This document shows positions 17,401 through 30,930 of a stretch of 64,000 nucleotides of DNA, piece after piece. The notes under the pieces are model-generated. The model searched no databases and was not told the DNA's origin. It saw only the letters and a list, made by a program, of their open reading frames with translations. Every line of letters begins with the position of its first letter. Position 1 is the stretch's first letter. The translations under genes were made by a program, and so were the position numbers. This DNA comes from Eledone cirrhosa (taxonomy: Eukaryota): assembly GCA_964016885.1 (NCBI GenBank), contig OZ024740.1, forward strand, positions 187,612,001 to 187,676,000, written 5' to 3'.

Positions 17401-19225
17401 GAGTATGTTCATTTTGTCAATCTCTCAGCCATTTTCTTGTGTATGTTCATAAGACCATATTTCTGTCATAATATCATAATACTGACACATGAAGGCCTCT
17501 AACCTGGCATGTCTGTGAATGTATTCTCTTTTGGGCAGTGAGAGAGACAATGTACTTAATTTTTTCTTTACAATCTCTCCATGATCTGCAAATATATCAC
17601 ATATTTTACTTCATTTTATGCTTTTCGTAGATTCATATGAGAAGGATTTGATGCTGTGGCAATCCTTCAGTTTCAGACTCGTTACAGAAGTTTGGTAGAG
17701 AAATGGATATTTGAGATAACCATACGATTTTGCTGTCAGACATGTTTTTAAAATATTGTTTCCTACCCACAACATTGAGGCTTTGTGTAAGAAATCATTA
17801 TTATTCATACTACCATCATCATAGTTTTACTATTATTGTTGAAATAAAGAGTTTTGCTTTATTCTCTTGGAAAGTAGACTTTAGTGACACATTTCTAATT
17901 AATTTATCTGCAATCTATTTCAGTTAATATTAAAATATGTACCTAATTAATTACATCTAAAAAGATTCAGAATTATATGATACATTTTAAAATTGTCATT
18001 CAAGTAATTGTGATTAGTTATTCAATTGCAAGAGTACACTAATTTACTAAGAACTATGTCTGCTCTATTTTCTATTCGGAAGACCTACTTCACTGTATTT
18101 TATTTTGTTTGTTTCTTATGATACATTTTCAAGTCTTTAATATGAAATGTTCCCTTTTTAGAAATATAAAGTTGTTATACTTCAAAAGTTTTTTATAATT
18201 TTAAATTTTCATCTATTTATTGTTTTCTTTGTCTCTCTATATTTGCTATATTTGGCTCTGAATTTTCTTTACATGAAACAGTTGTTTTAGATTAGATGTA
18301 AAATATCTAATAAGGATCTAGAAAATTTCTAGAAATATATGTTGCTTTTATATTTTTAGAGTTTTTAATTGTTCTGATCATTAGAATTATAGCCCAGTTT
18401 TTACTTTTTGTTTAAACTATTACAACAATATTCATGTAGTTAATGAAATTAAAAAAGAAAATGACACTGCTTTGCTAGTGTTTTCTAAGTACGTTTCTTG
18501 TTATATTGCTACATAATTTCCATTGTTATAGTGGTAATGATCATATTTTTAGAAGAGATATATTAATTTGAAATAAACCTACACTAATATTAAGATTCAT
18601 ATTTTTAGATTATTTTACTGATTTGTCATTGGACTGCGGCCTTTCAGGGGCACTAGCTATCATCAATTGTTTTTAGTCAATATATCATGTGGTTAAGTTA
18701 CTTTTTGATGTTAGTTTTACACAGATACACACAAACACGCACATGCACACACACTCACATGTGTTTATGTGTGTATTGTAACATCTGAGAAGAAGAATAT
18801 TTATTTATTGTATTTACAAGCCAAAGAGATCACAGAATCATTTGTAGAATTAAAGATAAAATGATTACAAGTACAATATATCTGTTTGATTTTTATTACA
18901 ATTTGTCAGCAAGGAAAAAAATAAGTATTCTTGTATCCGAATTGAATTGTAACTGTTTCTTGTAGGGTATTCAACAACCATAATAATTTTGTGTTTACTT
19001 TGATTTAATAATCAAAGGTGACCAGAGAGTGTTTGTTTCATTATTAAGCATCAACAGATAGGTTTAGACAACTTCCTGTTTCAACTATAGATTAAAAGGA
19101 TCACTGATGCTTATTTTATTAACATAGCCAGGTTTTGAACATTCAAGGCAGTAAAGTAAACTAAATATAGTACAGATGTCCACTAAGAACAGCACTATAA
19201 GGAGTTTGGTCATTCAAGTTCAGAC

Positions 19226-19560
19226 TGTGAATTGACTGAGTCGATAGAATATCGGATAAAGTGCTTTGTAGTATTAACTCTGGCTCTTTGGTCTCTGAGT
19301 TCAAATCCTGCAGAGGTTAACCTTTGCTTTTCATCCATTTGAGGCCAATAAAAAGAGTACCATTCTACTACTGAGGCTGGTTCATCCTCTATATCATTTT
19401 CTCACTTCCTTTCTTTCACTCTCTCTATACTTCTCTGGAAGAAATCTGGTGTACTCAGGCCTGGAGAGGGGATGGGCTCTGCCAGGTTTTAAAATGCTCA
19501 AAGAAATGTTGTATGTCAAGATGGTGTTCCTAAATCTCCCCGAGGAGTTACATGTCCATA
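19226..19560 (+). mobile_element. tRNA-derived SINE, long-tail form
   Basis: B box GAGTTCAAATCC, Meta-like body GCTTTTCATCC..AGTACC, (CT)-rich spacer, ~130-bp tail shared with the copies at 29130, 53070 and 58050. Confidence 0.7.
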
Positions 19561-20461
19561 CCATAACAATTGTGCATCTTCAGCAATAAAGTCACACAGT
19601 CAAATATTCATCTGAGTGAATTCATAGTGATACATGGTTCATTCCCTTTAGAAGCCTTGTTAAATTGTGTAACTCAAGCTTCTACATAGAGCTGCTAGGC
19701 TTGTTAACTGGTATTGATCATGTGATCATTAAGGTGAATCACATGGTGCAGCAAATATGTAAAACCTGCAACCTACAAACATAAATGTTATAACCACATT
19801 TGGTAACTGTACTAAATGAGCACTTATGAAGTTTGAGTAACACTGATTAATTTTGCTAGTCATAGGAGTTATGTTATATGGTATTATTTTTCTACAAAGT
19901 TTGTAATTTTAGCACTCCTCTCTCTCAAGAAAGATGTGTGATAGGAGAGCTACCATTAATTAAATGCTTTTAATCTCATTGGTTTGTCTCTTAAGAAAAA
20001 AAAAATTGATAGTCCCATTCTGTCTGCTGACATTTAGTTTGATTTCTTCGATACTTCATGTAGTTTTATTTAATTTGTTTTTATCTATTCCTTTATCCTC
20101 AAGCAGTCATAATAATCAAGGTATTTGGAGGTGACAAAAAGTACAGGTACCTTATTCCAATCCTCTGTGAGTTTATGATAAATGTTCAGACATTTAAATT
20201 GATTAATGAGGCCAATAAATATTTCATATTTTCGGTTTTGGTTTTATTCTTGCTGAACTTAAAACATTTATTCTTTTTAGTAAACTGTATACGAAAGGGC
20301 AACCTTATTAAATTCCATTTCTTACAACATTCTTACTCCAGTTCTATTGCACTAATATGTACAATCTGAAATATGATAATATGCTTTTTAATTAAGTGAC
20401 AAAAATATAGGAAGATACACTCAGAATAATTGGTTTGTAATATAGATATAAATGATATTTA

Positions 20462-20682
20462 AGTGTGGCTAATTGACAGTATCTTTAGAGTGCCTGGCAA
20501 TATCATTTGTAGCATAGATACATACCTTTATATTCTGTGTTCAAATCTTGCCTAGGTTAGGTTTATCTTTCATCCTTACAGGGTTGAGAAAATAAAGTAC
20601 CTGTATTGCACTAGGGTTGATTTAATTGGTTTCCCCTTCCCCAAAATTGTTGGCCTTGTGCTTAAATCAGAAGCCATTATTA
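20462..20682 (+). mobile_element. tRNA-derived SINE, short-tail form
   Basis: GTGTTCAAATC, CTTTCATCCTTACAGGGTTGAGAAAATAAAGTACC, tail GGCCTTGTGC..AGAAGCCATTATT. Confidence 0.75.
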
Positions 20683-20781
20683 AATAATATTTAGTTGTGT
20701 TTCTATATTTATCAGTATCATTCCAACTTGTGATAGTGGCATTATCTCAAACAGTGATCATAAAATCTCCAGAGATATATC

Positions 20782-20814
20782 AGTATCACAGGTGTCATTG
20801 ACACCTGTGATACT
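20782..20814. repeat. Perfect 33-bp palindrome
   Basis: AGTATCACAGGTGTCA-T-TGACACCTGTGATACT. Confidence 0.95.
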
Positions 20815-21228
20815 TGTAGAATGAATCACCTCACATCCTAAAATCAACAGCTCCTGATGTGCTTAGAAAATGGGTCGTTTATATAATTAGAAAGAAAATG
20901 GAGTTTACCACTATTGGCTGTGAGTTAACAAAATTGGCATCATGATGATGGATGAGAAAAATGGATTTCTTCTCAACAATGAAATATGAAGGAAAATGCT
21001 GGCCATGGATGCATTCAAATTAATGTAGATTATATGATGTAAGCATAAACACTATCAGGAGTGTGCTTGACTTGTATTATTTCTAGCACGCATATGGGGA
21101 AAATAATATATAAATGACAAGACTGGGTTTATACCATTGAAAATATTTGATAATCTTTCATGGTCCTCTGCAGAACATGTCTCTGAATCTTGATGACTTT
21201 ACAACTCTAGAACATTAGATTGGATTAA

Positions 21229-21915
21229 CCCTTCTAATCCCAACCCACTTGAAACCATTTATATAAAACTGTTGTAAACAGTTTGGGGTTAAATTAAAAT
21301 ATTCCAACATAATTTTATGAAAAATATTTTGTTAAATTATGTTCCAAATACAAAATTAATAATCTAAAAGTTCTAGTCTGTCTCAAGCTCTGAGGTTCAT
21401 CAGACTGAGTGTACAAGATTACCCCATGGGAAAGGATGCATACCTATGACAGAGTTAAATCCCTAGCTACTGCTGGTACTCATTTTCAGCTGACTATACT
21501 AGATGAACATGACATGAAGTGTTTTGCTCAAAGATACAACACAACCCAGTCAAGGAATCAAACCCACAACATTGTGATCATTGTGTTCAACACTGTAACC
21601 CCTAGGTCATGCACCTCTACATAAATGATATACATCTTCTTCTTTGCCCACTTATTCCTGGGAGGGTCATAGGAACAGAGTCCTCAAATATGCGTTCCAG
21701 AGGGTCCTGTCTCCAATTGATCTGGCTGGATTCCCATATAAGACCAGCTGAGCTCATGGATTTTATCCCATTATGGAACTAATTAACCTGTGAGACAAAT
21801 ATATTTTCCAAAATATATGACATATATTTTATTGAGTGATATCAAATTCTTGATTATTTTTTAAATTAATTAAAATACATAGTGTATATTATTAAGAAAT
21901 ATGGTCATGAAAGAG
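21229..21915. mobile_element. Possible decayed piggyBac-type non-autonomous element carrying nested insertions
   Basis: TTAA on both sides (21225-21228, 21916-21919); CCCTT / AAGAG ends; weak TIR (8/14). Confidence 0.35.
21390..21616 (-). mobile_element. tRNA-derived SINE of a second family
   Basis: Minus strand: TGACCTAGGGG (A-box-like), GGTTTGATTCC (B box), TGTATCTTTGAGCAAAACACTT..CAGCTGAAAATGAGTACC; related head at ~36330. Confidence 0.6.
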
Positions 21916-23329
21916 TTAAAACAATGAAACGTAAGTAAATAAACAGTCAATAAAAAATAATTCTTCAAGAATTTTAATAGAAATTGTTAGAAAGAATCTT
22001 TATGTGTTTATTCTAACAAAGGGACAAAACAAAACTATGTAAGTTACAACAAAAGACAGAATCCTATAGGATAATTGTAAACATTTTATCTAATAGAACC
22101 TAACCAGCCAAAGAAAAACATCAGTTGTGCATGTAGGAGCAGATTAAAACAACATGTCAAATAAGCCGTTTTATCAATGAATATATGTATTGTATTCTTA
22201 GTACAAGCCCATGAAAGAAAAAAAGGTGGTAATATCACACGTATTTGAATTAAAGTGATCTACTTAATTCACTTAGAACAGTTTGACAATTTGAAATTGT
22301 TTTGAATTTATACAATTGTAAATGTTTAGAGAAATTAATAGGTCTTTTGTGACATCGTGATGTTGTTTTCAAAATAATTTTTGTTATCAAACATCCCCTG
22401 TTATATTTATTTAGTTCTTTATAGACTGTATTCTGTGTTTCTTCATTTCTGGTTGTCACAAGAGAAATTTAACAAATTCGATGATTTTAGTAGTGTAAAG
22501 TTTTGTTAACCCAGAGTTTTATGTTTGCATATTCATAGACAGAATTTTTAAACGTTTTTATTTGCACCAGTCATAATTCAAAATACCCACGCAAGAGTTA
22601 TAAAAAACACACATAAAAAGCTAATATATAATTTACTAATAATGTTTTTTTATTTCCATTATATTTTCATTTTTAAGGTTTTACTACAACTTTTTTCAAA
22701 TTTGTTCTGCAAATTTAAAAGTTTTATGGTATAATTCTATATTTCATATATAAAAATACTACTTTTACTAATGCAAATTCTTTATCTTGACATACAATAT
22801 TTGAAATGTAGTATTTTAAAAGGTTTCACCTATATTATTTAAAGAAAAATTATTCTTATTTTTAAAAAAATTAGTGGCATGTTCATTTTCAAGATATCAC
22901 ATAACAAAATTTATTTTTGTTCTCGCGTTTCCCTTATACACTACCAGAAAATGAAATAAAATATTGATTTGGAACAGTATAACATAAAAAGGAGTATGTA
23001 AAGGATTAAATAAAGCAAGAATTACAGTCAATGTAAATTACATTTAGCAGGAAACATTCTATTGTGTCTATGTATACATATTTATTTTATGTTAATATAG
23101 ATGTACATCAGATGTATTGCGACTTCATTCCATTCAGCTATTGTTGAGCCATTGCTGAAACAATTTAATTATGCAATTGCCAGCTTATCAATTGAGGTAA
23201 TTTTCAGGTTGGATGGGGTGCACCTGTGATTAAATGATTAGTTCTGGCTATCAGTACTTGAATGAAATGTAAAATGTTGGAAGAGATATCCCAAAGTATC
23301 TCATCTGACACTCAAACAATTTTTCAAAT

Positions 23330-23460
23330 CTACCTTTATCTATTAACCCTGAAAGAACGAGAGTGAAAGCTCACCTTTGAGCGATTTGAACTCCATGTGC
23401 AGAGGGCTGGAGAAAATACAGCACTATATTCTAGCCAATACCCTAAAATGCTGCCAATAT
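23330..23460 (-). mobile_element. Decayed tRNA-derived SINE (5' part)
   Basis: Minus strand TTGGCAGCAT.., GAGTTCAAATCG, CTTTCACTCTCG..GGGTTAATAGATAAAGGTA. Confidence 0.55.
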
Positions 23461-24994
23461 ACCAAATTACTGCCTATGGTTTCAATTTCAAGCTAGAACA
23501 CAAGTAGTTGTAGACAAGCAGCCTTTATAACTAGATAGATAACACAAACAATGATACATACTAAAGCTATGCTGTAGGATGCAGTGGTTCTACTGAGAGA
23601 CTGGGATCAGTGTGTCAACGTTGTATTAAGCAATATTATTTTAATGATAGAGAAGAAATACTTTTGATAAATACTTTTGTTTTTCTGATTATTTCAAGTA
23701 ACTTGAAAAGTAATATTAAAGCAGTACATATTTATACAAACTACTTTATTTATTTAAATGTTATGATTAACTCTAGAGGCAGGATTTATTTCAATTCAGG
23801 ATTTTGAAATATATGACTTTAATGTCATTATAGAAATCTACATTAGTTTTGTTTTTATTCATTCATTGGACCCTAGGTTATGACAATATTCATATTCAAA
23901 TGTTTTATTCATTACAAGCACATACTCATATAACATATATTCACATTCACCATACATTCACACACATAAACTCATACAATATTATCAGGAAATCAAATGA
24001 AAGCTATATTAATGTTTTCTGTGTGTAATGAATTTATTTATTTTTTGATTTTCATTCCATTTAAAGTAAATCCATTTTTTTTTTAGTTCAAATAATTTTA
24101 TATATTTTTCGATTTCATGAAATGAAGTTTAGGATTTTATTTAAGAACGAGTTGTTTCACAGATTGGCGTGGCAGTATGAACATGAAAATAAACATTTCT
24201 CATGTAATAAAACTAGTATCATTATGAGAGCATCACTCTTAGTGATGTTCTGTTGTTTTAAAGAAAATTGTGTCAACCAATCTTCTGCGGTTTTCGAATA
24301 CTCGTCTTGTACAATATTGTAAAGGCAGATTATTTAATATAATAAAAAAAAAGAAATTATGTATTTACCATAATTGACACTTAATAGATCTACCTTAAAT
24401 ATATTAGTGAGATAAATCAAATCTAGTTTGTCTTTGTTTTCTAAAGTAATAAAGTAAAAGATATATACTTATTATTTCCTTTTCTTGAAATATTATTTTT
24501 AATTAAATTAAACAATTAAATTTTGCCATTATATTACTTTTGTCAAATATTATATGACTTTATGTCAAACATTGCCTGAATTTATCCATACAACCACAGT
24601 TGTTTAAAACAGTTATGAACATTTTATGTTTATCTAATAAGGACAATATGAGCAAATTTAACTCCCTCTTTACATGAAAAATAAAAAAACTGTATGCTGC
24701 TTTAATTTTCGAAAATTTATAAGTTGTTTGGTTACTTAACAATTAATATTATATAAAGATATATATGCCTTTTTCTATGCATTTATATTTTTTATACCCA
24801 TATGTGTATATTAAAACATATTAAATTTGTAGATTTAAATTATATGTGAATGGTTATTTTTATGTAAAACGGTTTGGGGAAGTATTGATTTATGTACGGT
24901 ATTTGTATATGGAAAATATACCTGGTTTATTTTGCTGTTTATGTTGTAAACTATTAATGAATTATATTCTGAAAACCTTATCTTTTCTTTGCAG

Positions 24995-25088
24995 ACTGTT
25001 CATTCTTGTGAGTGATGAATTAAATTGGATAAATTCAGAAGATAAAGAAAGGGTTGAAAGAATAATTTGAAACAATTAAACATATAAG
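24995..25088 (+). other. Candidate 94-nt internal exon, non-coding or stop-containing
   Basis: Acceptor cttatcttttctttgcag and donor AAG|gtaaga are both near consensus; stops in all three frames. Confidence 0.45.
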
Positions 25089-25269
25089 GTAAGAAATTTT
25101 TTGCAGTTTAGATTTTATTAATTGTTTTGAGTTTTGTTTATTTTAAAGGAATTTGTATTTCAGTTAAATATGTTTAATGAATATAGTTATGAAATTCTTT
25201 CAGCTTACTGTTGAAATATTATTGCAAGATAAAATATTGGACGATGTAAATAAAAATCTATAATGTTGG

Positions 25270-25782
25270 CAGGGCTGGATTTATCGGGGGCAGTGGGGCA
25301 AAGGCCCCATCTCCCTCCTTATCAGACAGCATCCCATACCTTACTAAACAGGACCCCTATTTCGAGTAGCCCCACTTCAAACAGAGCTATCTTTTAAGAA
25401 TGAGGTCCTAATCATAAACATCATTTTATCTTTTAGAAAGTGTTTTTAAAATGTAATTGATGCTGCTTTTGTGACAATTTAGCAACATTTCTTTACTTTA
25501 GAGACATCAATTGGCAAAAATAAGGGTAGCTGATGTATATGGTGTATGAGTGTATGTATATGTATGTTATCAATGATGGTGCTTGATGTGTATATTTGGT
25601 TATATGCCTCTGTGTGTGTGTAGGTACACAATGACCATTCTTTTGCTACCTCCATTATTTGATCTCATGATCTGGTTGTGGGTTAATACATTTGAAGAAA
25701 TTCAAATCTTTTCCTCTTTATTCAGGCTCTGCTCTTTTCCTCCTTCTTTCACTCTCTTCCTGCTTCTGCTTGTGTATGTGTG

Positions 25783-25823
<41 letters not shown>

Positions 25824-25894
25824 ATGTCTTGTTATATGAGGTACGCACAAAATTTCAACTACACTTGGCTCCCCAAGGTTTGAATCTAGTTGTG
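25270..25894. mobile_element. Decayed hAT-type non-autonomous element
   Basis: Starts CAGGGCTGGATTTA, ends TGAATCTAGTTGTG; 8-bp TSD AATGTTGG / AATGTTGA; both ends resemble the short element at 40898-41035. Confidence 0.6.
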
Positions 25895-28654
25895 AATGTT
25901 GAAGTGAATTTCTTTGAAAAAGTGATATGTTGGTATAATAAGCATATTTTAGATACTTAAGAGAAACAAAAGTTTATTAATCATATAAAACATTTATTTT
26001 GAATGTTATAAATATAGTTCTATAAAATATTTTTATCAAATCATTGCTAAGCATCACTAGCTCTGTTATATCATCATAATTTTTATTTTACTACTTAACA
26101 AACATGCTGTTTTTTAGAGGAGGATTTATAGCAATCTTTTTACTCTCTATAATTTTGTACTCTACTTTCATAAACATGTGAAGCAGGATTCTTGCTGTGA
26201 TGATGTTTCACGAAGCTCTATTTATATGTATTTTCATGATGTGTATAGTTGAAAATATGTTTGTGCTATATATGTAACTGGTATGTTTGTAATCATACAA
26301 TATCCATATTGCATGATTTATAAACAATGAAATGGTATATGATATATCTGAAATGCCCTTGTTCGCTATATTTGTGCTATGTATTAGTCAACTGCAAATT
26401 ATGATATTTCACTAATATTGATTAAGGATTCTTAACCATATTGTTATTTTTGTCATTATTCTCATCATCACCATAAATTACAGTATTGTTTCTGTTTTTC
26501 TCTCCTTTGGATAACATTTGGACTGTGTTTGCCTTTGTTTTGTATTTTAAATACTTTCATTGTTAATTCTATATTTTTTAAAGATTACTTTTGTCTTCAT
26601 AATCTTCAGCAATCATCATACATATAAAATATAACAGTCAACAAAGGGACTGCTATGCAGTTTCCAGACTTGCTAAAGATAGGTACTACAGCTCCCATGA
26701 ATTACACTCTGTTGTTTTCCAAAATGAACGAAACACTGGGTAGTGTAGTTCTGGATAGGACAATGAGATAGAATGATTATAATTCTACTCAGTCAGATCT
26801 TAGCTGGAGGAATTGGGGTTAATACCATCTATATTATGTTTATTTCATGGAGCAGCAGTTATCAGACAATCAACTGATTGCTTTTTGAATGTTAATAATC
26901 AAATAAATAGTGGAAAATCTCTTGTGTTAATTATAATTTTAATAGCCATTTTGCACTCCATTTTTCAGTTATGAAATATTAGTTTGGTAATGTTTGTACT
27001 TCTTATTTGGCTGCAGTAATTACAAACATATCAATACTAAAAGTTGTATATTTTTGACATTTTGAAAATCTTTCATAAAAAAAATTGTCTAAAATATGAG
27101 AGAAAACTTTTGGCATCCAATATCATAATACCTTATGATATCAGAAAAAGATTTATAATTATATAATTATATATATTTACCTTTCATGTTCTCTTATGGA
27201 AAAAAGAACAACTAAGTTTCTACACTAAATTTGTAAATATACTCATATGCAAGAAACAAAAATGCATAGTATCCTTTTATATAAACATTATAAAGCTGAA
27301 AAAAAGTTTTTCTAATGTGAATTAATATTTTAAATGTTACTCTAATGGAAAAGCAACAAATATTCAATGCTTTTCAGCTTTGGGTCAACTCTGATTTAGC
27401 AGGCATATGATAAAGGTATTCTACCCATGACGTTCCTATCTTTTTATATATTTATAACTATATTGTGTAATGCGTCCTTTCATTTTTGATGGTATAAATT
27501 AGTTTGAGGGAAACTTGGTTGCTCTTTCTCTCAGGTCAAGCAATCACATAACTTCTACGTTGCCTCATAAAATTCAATATACTACACATAAAAGAAATTA
27601 AATTATCAAATGTATTTATTATTAGCATTGTCAGGATTGTCGAGAAAACATAAAATAGACATTGATGAATATGTAGTTTATATATTTGTCATTGATTGAA
27701 AACCTTTATTGTCAAAAATATAAAATAGCTAAGTTATCAATCAATCAAATCAGATAATTCCACTGCTTGATAAAGCTGTTCTTTGTATTTCTCCATAATT
27801 TTCGGTTTCAGAGTCATTAAAATTTGGAGTTTAAGAGACATTCAAGAAGGTTGTGATCCACTCTGTGAGATCTCATTGATATTGGTACAGTCCAGCTTTG
27901 TTCCATAGATTCTTATTCAATATATTTGAAGCAGCTTTTCTCCAGGAAATCCACTGCCACTAAGGAGACATGACTTTTAGATGGTCTAACAACATCTTAA
28001 TTATAACTGATTTAAAAGAAAAATTTTCACGACTATATTTATGTAAGTGTTGTTGCATATGTTTATGAGAGTGTACGTTGGTAAGGTTCAATTTATATGT
28101 TTAAATGTAACTAAGAACATGTCTACAGTATAATATGCATTTCATATGTATTGACCTTTTACTTCCTATGAAATCATTTGTGACTGATAATTGAAGGGGT
28201 CAAAAGTAAAACATCCCCTGTCATTGAATTTACTGTTCCTGTTCAAATGTAGCGGTTGGTACTGTTCCAATATCAATTATTTTAATATTTATTTTAGATA
28301 ATTGTTGTTTTAAATAATTTAATGTCTTTTTATGATCAAAGTTTAATAGTATTGAAACTATGATTGCAATGACAGCTTTATGTAGTTTAGTGACTTATCT
28401 TCTTCCAAATTTTCCCAATAATATTGTAGGAGCTACATTAACAATAATTATATGTTGAGTAATTTGACTCAACTATGTTAGATAAATAGATCGATGTTTC
28501 ATTGCTTTTTATTACACTAAGCATTAGAATCTACATTTCCATAAAGTCCAACAGTATATAACTAAATTATAATTATGTTTTACATTATTTATTAAAATCG
28601 TTGAGGGCAGGGAATGTCTAGTTAGTTTGACAAAATACATAATTTACATAAAAA

Positions 28655-28862
28655 AGGGTGGTGGAATTGCAGTATCTATAGGACCATTGGACAACGTTTT
28701 GTGGCATAGAGTTATGGCCCTTTAAATTTTGCATTCAAATCCCACGAAGGTTAGCATTCCTGTTCATCCTTAAGGGGTCAATAAAGTTAAGACCTGGGGT
28801 CGATTTAATCGACTTTTCTCTCTCCCAAAATTCTTAGCCTTGTACTAAATCAGATATTATTT
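28655..28862 (+). mobile_element. tRNA-derived SINE, short-tail form
   Basis: CATTCAAATCCC, GTTCATCCTTAAGGGGTCAATAAAG, GCCTTGTACTAAATCAGATATTATT. Confidence 0.7.
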
Positions 28863-28924
28863 ACACCAACTTAATTTTTGAGTTCAGCTTTCATCTTTCC
28901 AAAGTTTTTAAATTAAATATAAGT

Positions 28925-29250
28925 AAAGTGGTGAGTTAGCAGAGTCATAATGTCATTGGATTAAAAATGATTCAGTGTTTCTTTTGACTCACTGTGCTCT
29001 GAATTCTAATCCTGCTGAGATAAACTTTGCTTTTCATCCTTTCAAAATCAAATGGAATACTAGCCAAGTACTAAGTTAGATTCTTCCTCTCTCTCTTTGT
29101 TGCTTTCTCTATCTTTTTCACTCTTTCTCTGGAACAAATTGGCTGTGTTTAGACTTGGAGAGGGATCAGCTCCACTAGGTTGAAAATGCGCAAAACACAC
29201 TGTACGTCTGGATGGTGTTACTATCAATACATCAGGCATTAAGAGCACAT
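28925..29250 (+). mobile_element. tRNA-derived SINE, long-tail form
   Basis: GAATTCTAATCC, CTTTGCTTTTCATCC, (CT)n spacer, tail GGCTGTGTTTAGACTTGGAGAGGG... Confidence 0.65.
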
Positions 29251-30129
29251 TACATGTTTATATGTAATAGATTGCATTGAATTGAATACACACCTGTCAG
29301 CAAGAGTCGAGTATTTTTCATGTTAGCAGGGTCATACATAGAATGTGGAGGCCTCCATACACAAACAATTTAAATACACAAAAAAGGCTCCAAGATTACA
29401 TACAGGACCAGATTTAGTCCAGGGATGGACCTCTCATTTAATAACACACTTCCCTGAAAGAGACAGTTATTTAATTGAAAAATAGTAAATGTTATTCTGT
29501 GTTTTTTTTTTTTTATAGTTTTGGTAAATATATTACTGTTAGTACACAGAATGATCTAAGCAGATTATTTAACAATTTTAATATTTCTATTTAAAAGAGT
29601 ATTATAAGAATAAATTTTAATCCACTGTGAAATTGTTTCTATGAAATGACTGAAAATTTAATAAAAAAAAAATTTAATCTTCCAATACTTAAACTGGCCA
29701 AATCCAGCTGATATAAAGACTATGCTATTTGTTCAAAGCAGCCATACTTGTATGTAAATAACTGATAACAATAAATAAGGAAATACCATACATTAATGGA
29801 ATAGGTTTAAGTAAAATTATTTGTTTTGTGATTATTTAACTTTGTAGCAAGTATTTCAGCCCTTTTGATCTAGTTTATGATGGTTTTGTATTACTAGTTT
29901 TTATAAACATATAGCACAATCATATTTAATACAATGCTTGAAGTAACTCATATATATTGCAGCAAAAATATATTGTGTCTTAATTCAATTTATGTTATTC
30001 CCATCGTAACATTTTATGACCATCATTATAGCTTCCATAAATCTAAATCTACTGAAAATAATTATCTCCTACGTTACTCATCAGTGAGCCACCCACCATT
30101 GCAAAAATTGAAAACTGTTACTGCACTAG

Positions 30130-30770
30130 ACATCAGAAACCATTAAACCATGTTTACCATGCACATTCAGGCTTTCTGTTAAATTACAGTATTGCAGCAT
30201 GTGTGTGTGTCGAGGTTTGGTATTGGTCCCCATTGTACATTAACAAACTTTTTGCATTCACCACCAAGTATACCTTCTATAAGTAAATGATACTACCTAC
30301 ATTCTTTCCTATCCTCCCACATATGAGCATCATTCATAAGTAAACTTGGTAATTTATGTGAAGCTAGCAGAGCCTCTGTGAACAGAGACCTTGAAGACAT
30401 CTTCCAGTTTGGTACTGTTCAGTTTGTCTTATTCAAAAGCACAAAGAAATAATCACTGTATATATTAGAAAAATCATCACATCACACTCTTCAGCACATG
30501 TCTGTAATCCTTAAGGCTGCTACAAATGTTAGACCTCCCCATCACTGAGGAATTCTTCTGGCAATCATAATCTTTAACACAAGAGACTGGCTCTTTTCTT
30601 CAAGACAAGAAAATACTCTAACTCATAACAACTAGTAAGCTAAAGTGAGACACTCAATAAAGTGTTGCTTCAGCATCTGAGAACTGCCAGCTGCTGCACA
30701 GAGAGGTATCTAGTCTAAGTCCCTCAAAATGCTACTGTTTGGCATTAAGTTCCTGGAGAATTTAATATTT
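30130..30770 (+). mobile_element. Highly decayed LINE RT fragment (CR1/L2/Jockey-like)
   Basis: Broken matches to VLGP..YIN (30219-30246) and SVNRDLEDIFQFG (30375-30413); no open frame. Confidence 0.35.
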
Positions 30771-30778
30771 TTGTCTAC

Positions 30779-30809
<31 letters not shown>

Positions 30810-30827
30810 ATATATATAGGAAAAATT

Positions 30828-30930
30828 AAGACACTGACAGCAGAGCTGAAGCTGTTTCGGCAGCTATTTCTGGACTAAATTAGAATTTTTATCCTGCTAA
30901 ATAAATAGCCGAACTTGTCAAGGGGTACTT
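30828..30930 (-). ncRNA. Type I hammerhead ribozyme, U3-A8 core, long stem II, eroded stem I
   Basis: Minus strand: TTGACAA-GTT-CGGCTATTT...AAATAGCTG-CC-GAAA-CAGC(TTCAGCTCT)GCTG-TC; stem I AAGTACCCC/AGTGTCTT pairs only partly. Confidence 0.65.
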
